In this document: piece after piece, positions 61,219-64,000 of the stretch
Layout: every line of letters begins with the position of its first letter
Numbering within the stretch: position 1 is the first letter of the stretch
Assembly: GCA_964478545.1 (NCBI GenBank)
Contig: CAYZIS010000003.1
Span: 65,941 to 129,940 of the forward strand
Origin: an uncultured Thermodesulfobacteriota bacterium
GTDB taxonomy: Bacteria > Desulfobacterota > Anaeroferrophillalia > Anaeroferrophillales > Anaeroferrophillaceae
Reading direction: 5' to 3'
DNA length: 64,000 bases
Made by a program: the position numbers and the translations under genes
The notes under the pieces: model-generated
The model's database searches: none
Told to the model about the DNA's origin: nothing
The model's input: the letters and a program-made list of their open reading frames with translations, nothing else

Positions 61219-62226
61219 TCAGGGTACGGGGATTTGCTGTAAAAGTTCGTCGATAACCTTTTCACTGGTAATACCTTCGGCTTCGGCTTCGAAACTCAGG
61301 ATGAGGCGATGACGCAGGATGTCATGGACAACCGCCTGAATATTTTCCGGAGTGACAAACTCTTTACCCTGCAGCCAGGCATGGGCCCGGGCGCAGCGGT
61401 CCAGAGCGATGGTAGCCCGTGGACTAGCACCATATTCGATCCAGCGGTTTATATTCTCGCCGCAGGATTGGGGATTGCGGGTTGCCAGAATAAGCTGGAC
61501 GATATATTCTTTGAGGGGGTCTGCCATATGCAGATCAAGCACTTTACGCCGGGCCCGGGTTATCATCTCCGGGCTCAAAATGGGGGTTTGGGAAGTTTTT
61601 CCCCCAAGTTCATCCAATACCTCCCGCCGGGCCAGCTCTAGAATCATCTTTTCGCTCTCATAGTCAGGATAATCCACCTTGATCTGCATAAGGAAACGGT
61701 CGAGCTGGGCCTCGGGTAAGGGATAGGTACCCTCCTGTTCAATAGGATTCTGGGTAGCCATAACCATAAAAAGATCCGGCAAGTAATGAGTTTTGTGACC
61801 AACACTGATTTGTCTTTCCGACATCGCTTCCAAAAGAGCGGATTGAACCTTGGCCGGGGCCCGGTTGATTTCATCGGCAAGGACAATATTGTGAAAAAGG
61901 GGGCCGGGTTGAAAGCGGAAGGAATCGCTGTTGCGCTGATATATTTCAGTACCGGTCAGGTCGGCCGGAAGCAGGTCGGGGGTAAACTGAAGGCGCTGAA
62001 AATCACCCTCAATACAATCAGCCAAAGACTTGACTGCCCGGGTTTTTGCCAGTCCTGGAGCCCCTTCAACCAGTAAATGGCCATCGGCCAACAGGGCGAT
62101 CAACAGGTGTTCAATGAGAATTTCCTGGCCGATAATTTCATCCGCCATACGCTTTTTTGCCTGCTGAAAAACCAGCCCGGCACCATCGTTTCCACTGCCG
62201 TTTTGTGCTGCAATTGTCATTTCCAT
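61219..62226 (-). CDS. moxR: MoxR-family AAA+ ATPase
   Basis: Walker A GAPGLAKT and Walker B LADEINRAPAKVQSALLEAM, with a MoxR-type C-terminus. Start uncertain (ORF runs to 62334; MEM... at 62226 chosen). Confidence 0.85.
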   Translation of the reverse strand: MEMTIAAQNGSGNDGAGLVFQQAKKRMADEIIGQEILIEHLLIALLADGHLLVEGAPGLAKTRAVKSLADCIEGDFQRLQFTPDLLPADLTGTEIYQRNSDSFRFQPGPLFHNIVLADEINRAPAKVQSALLEAMSERQISVGHKTHYLPDLFMVMATQNPIEQEGTYPLPEAQLDRFLMQIKVDYPDYESEKMILELARREVLDELGGKTSQTPILSPEMITRARRKVLDLHMADPLKEYIVQLILATRNPQSCGENINRWIEYGASPRATIALDRCARAHAWLQGKEFVTPENIQAVVHDILRHRLILSFEAEAEGITSEKVIDELLQQIPVP

Positions 62227-62291
62227 AAGATCATCTTTCCACTTGGTAAGAGGATAAAAAAAGAGTGGATGGTTTAGCTGCTCAGGAGAAC

Positions 62292-62425
62292 CTGTCACTC
62301 TTTTCAGTACCCCCTTGAGGGGTATAAAAAACAAGAAATTGTCGGGAATACATTCAGGATGTTTGGGCTTAGCTCATAGCGAGAATGAGCGAGAGCCATG
62401 ACGGAACATCCTGATACATTGATTT
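62292..62425. repeat. GC-rich modular repeat (family 1), copy B
   Basis: The 47-bp module is identical to copy A. It is followed by a ~75-bp unit bounded by inverted ends gggaatacattcaggatgtt ... aacatcctgatacattg, with internal gcgagaatgagcgagagccatgacgg. Confidence 0.6.
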
Positions 62426-62609
62426 GAGTTGTGGTCGTTAGCCCACATTAGTACCAGTTCGCATCAGGGATGGAATATAGGATTATTTTCAGCTTCGGTC
62501 AAGAGAAGTGCGGTTTTATTTGAAAATTTTAATTGGCAGGATGATGGTAAAAGCAGAACTTGCCTGACCATTACCGGAACATCATGAAAAGAAATCTGTT
62601 AAAAACAAG

Positions 62610-62677
62610 CTATCCCGGTTTCGGGGACAAGTTCGGAATCTGTCCCCTAAACCGGGATAGTTATTTGACACTTTTTT
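62610..62677. terminator. bidirectional Rho-independent terminator
   Basis: Nested perfect inverted repeats ctatcccggttt / aaaccgggatag enclosing ggggaca / tgtcccc. T-rich on both sides. Lies 3' of the minus-strand gene ending at 62734. Confidence 0.55.
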
Positions 62678-62733
62678 AACCGAACGGGTTAACATCAGTG
62701 GACATGTAACCTTCGGTTGATATTTGCTACTGA

Positions 62734-63174
62734 TTAGTAATACAGCACCTTATCCGCTCCATCGATAGCACCCCAGGCATCAGGCAGCTTCACCGGGACA
62801 ATAAAATCTTCTATATTGGATGTATCATCCACGGATTCAGCAAAACCGCCGATGACATGGAAGGTGGCACAGGAGGCAATCGTAACCCCCAGCTGATCTT
62901 TCTGGAAACGGGCCATCTGTTCCAGGTTATCGGGCAAGTCGGCAGCCGAAAGACCGTCCAACTGACCGGCAATCAGTTCTTTCACGTTTTGGGGAATTTC
63001 CAGTTTTGCCAATTCACCTTTTTTCGCCATGGAAACGGCGTTAGGTCCATAAAAGATGGTGACGTTGGGTACATTGCCTAGTTTCTTCGCCATAAAAGCG
63101 GTAACATAGCTGGCATATTGATTGGCAGGTTCGGTGGTACTGACGACTAACAGCAGGTTTTTGGTATCGGACAT
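62734..63174 (-). CDS. DsrE/DsrF-like family protein
   Basis: 146 aa. LLLVVSTTEP ... IASCATFHV resembles the DsrE/DsrF sulfur-relay fold. Moderate confidence. Confidence 0.45.
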   Translation of the reverse strand: MSDTKNLLLVVSTTEPANQYASYVTAFMAKKLGNVPNVTIFYGPNAVSMAKKGELAKLEIPQNVKELIAGQLDGLSAADLPDNLEQMARFQKDQLGVTIASCATFHVIGGFAESVDDTSNIEDFIVPVKLPDAWGAIDGADKVLYY

Positions 63175-63287
63175 TTTCTTTCCCTCCTTAAAATGAAGTT
63201 GTGGTTTTTGAAATCCATATCTAAAAAATGGATTTCAATACTATATGCCAAATTTATTTTTTCGTCCAGCAGAAATATTCAGATTTG

Positions 63288-63746
63288 CTACCAGACCAAC
63301 GTCTTATAAATCCATCCCTGATCACCGTCGGGATGCTGTATTTTCATCCACTTACCTTGTTTTTTAAGAACTTTAAAGGCAACCCCTTTTTCAGTGGTAA
63401 AAATGACCGGATATTTAGTTGCGGGACCGGACCGGACATTAGCTTTATCCTTAATGGTAATCACTGTTGCTTGCTTGCCCAGCAGTTTATCGCTGATCCA
63501 GCCCGCATCCCCTTCATAATCGCTGAATTGATACCAATGACCGGATTTTTTAATAATCTGTAGCGGATAATATATCCCCACCTGCCAGATGATCTCATAC
63601 TTGGTTCCCGGCCCGGAACGGATATTGGCTTTTGGCACCTTGATGGAAAGCCGCTCGGCCAATGCCAACCCTGGCATCAGGCATAATAAAAACATGACCA
63701 GGACAAAAACAAACAATCTTTTTCTCATCAAATAAACTGAAATCAC
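63288..63746 (-). CDS. secreted protein with two bacterial SH3 (SH3b) domains
   Basis: GTG start with RBS ggaggagg 7 nt upstream. Signal peptide MRKRLFVFVLVMFLLCLMPGLALA. Two repeats of ANIRSGPGTKYEIIWQV ... GWI. Confidence 0.6.
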   Translation of the reverse strand: MISVYLMRKRLFVFVLVMFLLCLMPGLALAERLSIKVPKANIRSGPGTKYEIIWQVGIYYPLQIIKKSGHWYQFSDYEGDAGWISDKLLGKQATVITIKDKANVRSGPATKYPVIFTTEKGVAFKVLKKQGKWMKIQHPDGDQGWIYKTLVW

Positions 63747-63771
63747 CAGCTATGCCTCCTCCTATAATTCC

Positions 63772-63897
63772 CGGTATGATAATCCCAAAGCCTGTCTTTT
63801 GGCTTCAATATGTCGCTGAATCAACAGGCGGATAACTTCGGCGGCGCTGACCCCAGCAATCCCATTGCCGATGATGACATATTCCATAAACCCCGAT
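63772..63897 (-). pseudogene. N-terminal remnant of a pyridine-nucleotide-disulfide/FAD-dependent oxidoreductase
   Basis: MEYVIIGNGIAGVSAAEVIR is a canonical Rossmann GxGxxG start. The ORF terminates after 42 aa. Confidence 0.3.
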
Positions 63898-64000
63898 TCC
63901 TGCAAGAAAAATGGAAATGGAATAAAAACATACTACTGCTATGGGGTAACAGTTCTTTTATTCATACTCTTGCTGAAGGAAAATTTCAACTGCTTAGTAA

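Overview
Mostly core chromosome from a Gram-negative, deltaproteobacterium-like genome; this taxonomic impression is inference. The only external parallels are from memory: pgsA beside a tRNA-Gly/Cys/Leu cluster as in E. coli, lysC next to cimA as I recall for Geobacter, a MoxR/Bat aerotolerance operon, and a lapA-lapB pair.

Housekeeping blocks, in order:
- tRNA-Leu/Cys/Gly, pgsA, an IHF/HU gene, der and rnr, all on the minus strand.
- ftsH-folP-cdaA-cdaR-glmM-pdxJ-acpS-nnr on the plus strand.
- An HPF-cold-shock-domain fusion, a PEBP protein, adenine deaminase plus a phosphoribosyltransferase, two GNAT genes (one frameshifted) and a CYTH protein.
- tsaE, lysC, cimA, mog, rimI, pyrK and pyrD.
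- HIT-lapA-lapB-pilZ on the minus strand.
- recJ, an EamA transporter, coaD, rsmD, a deoxynucleoside kinase, rluB, scpB, scpA, trpS and an M50 protease, all on the minus strand.
- A TRAP transporter (dctPQM), a GntR regulator, and the moxR-DUF58-DUF4381-batA-batB/C-batD operon.

The less ordinary content is a set of short interspersed repeat families that look like MITEs, none carrying a transposase:
- A 245-bp element with GGAATTC-containing terminal inverted repeats and 9-bp target-site duplications, in 2.3 copies.
- A ~130-bp element with TTAGC...AGCTATTAG inverted repeats, in 2 inverted copies.
- A modular GC-rich family sharing a CAGGATGTT terminal motif, at 6 or more sites.
- A ~325-bp element with ATTCTTAGTTGAAATT inverted repeats.

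These repeats coincide with a 328-bp tandem duplication that copies the 5' end of a small ORF sitting upstream of a Cys-rich DUF2148-like gene. They also mark a ~4.5-kb decayed region (45.7-50.1 kb) holding remnants of two xanthine-dehydrogenase-family operons and a hydantoinase B gene around an intact paaK-like ligase, and an acyl-CoA dehydrogenase remnant at 53.8 kb. No CRISPR array, rRNA or prophage was seen.
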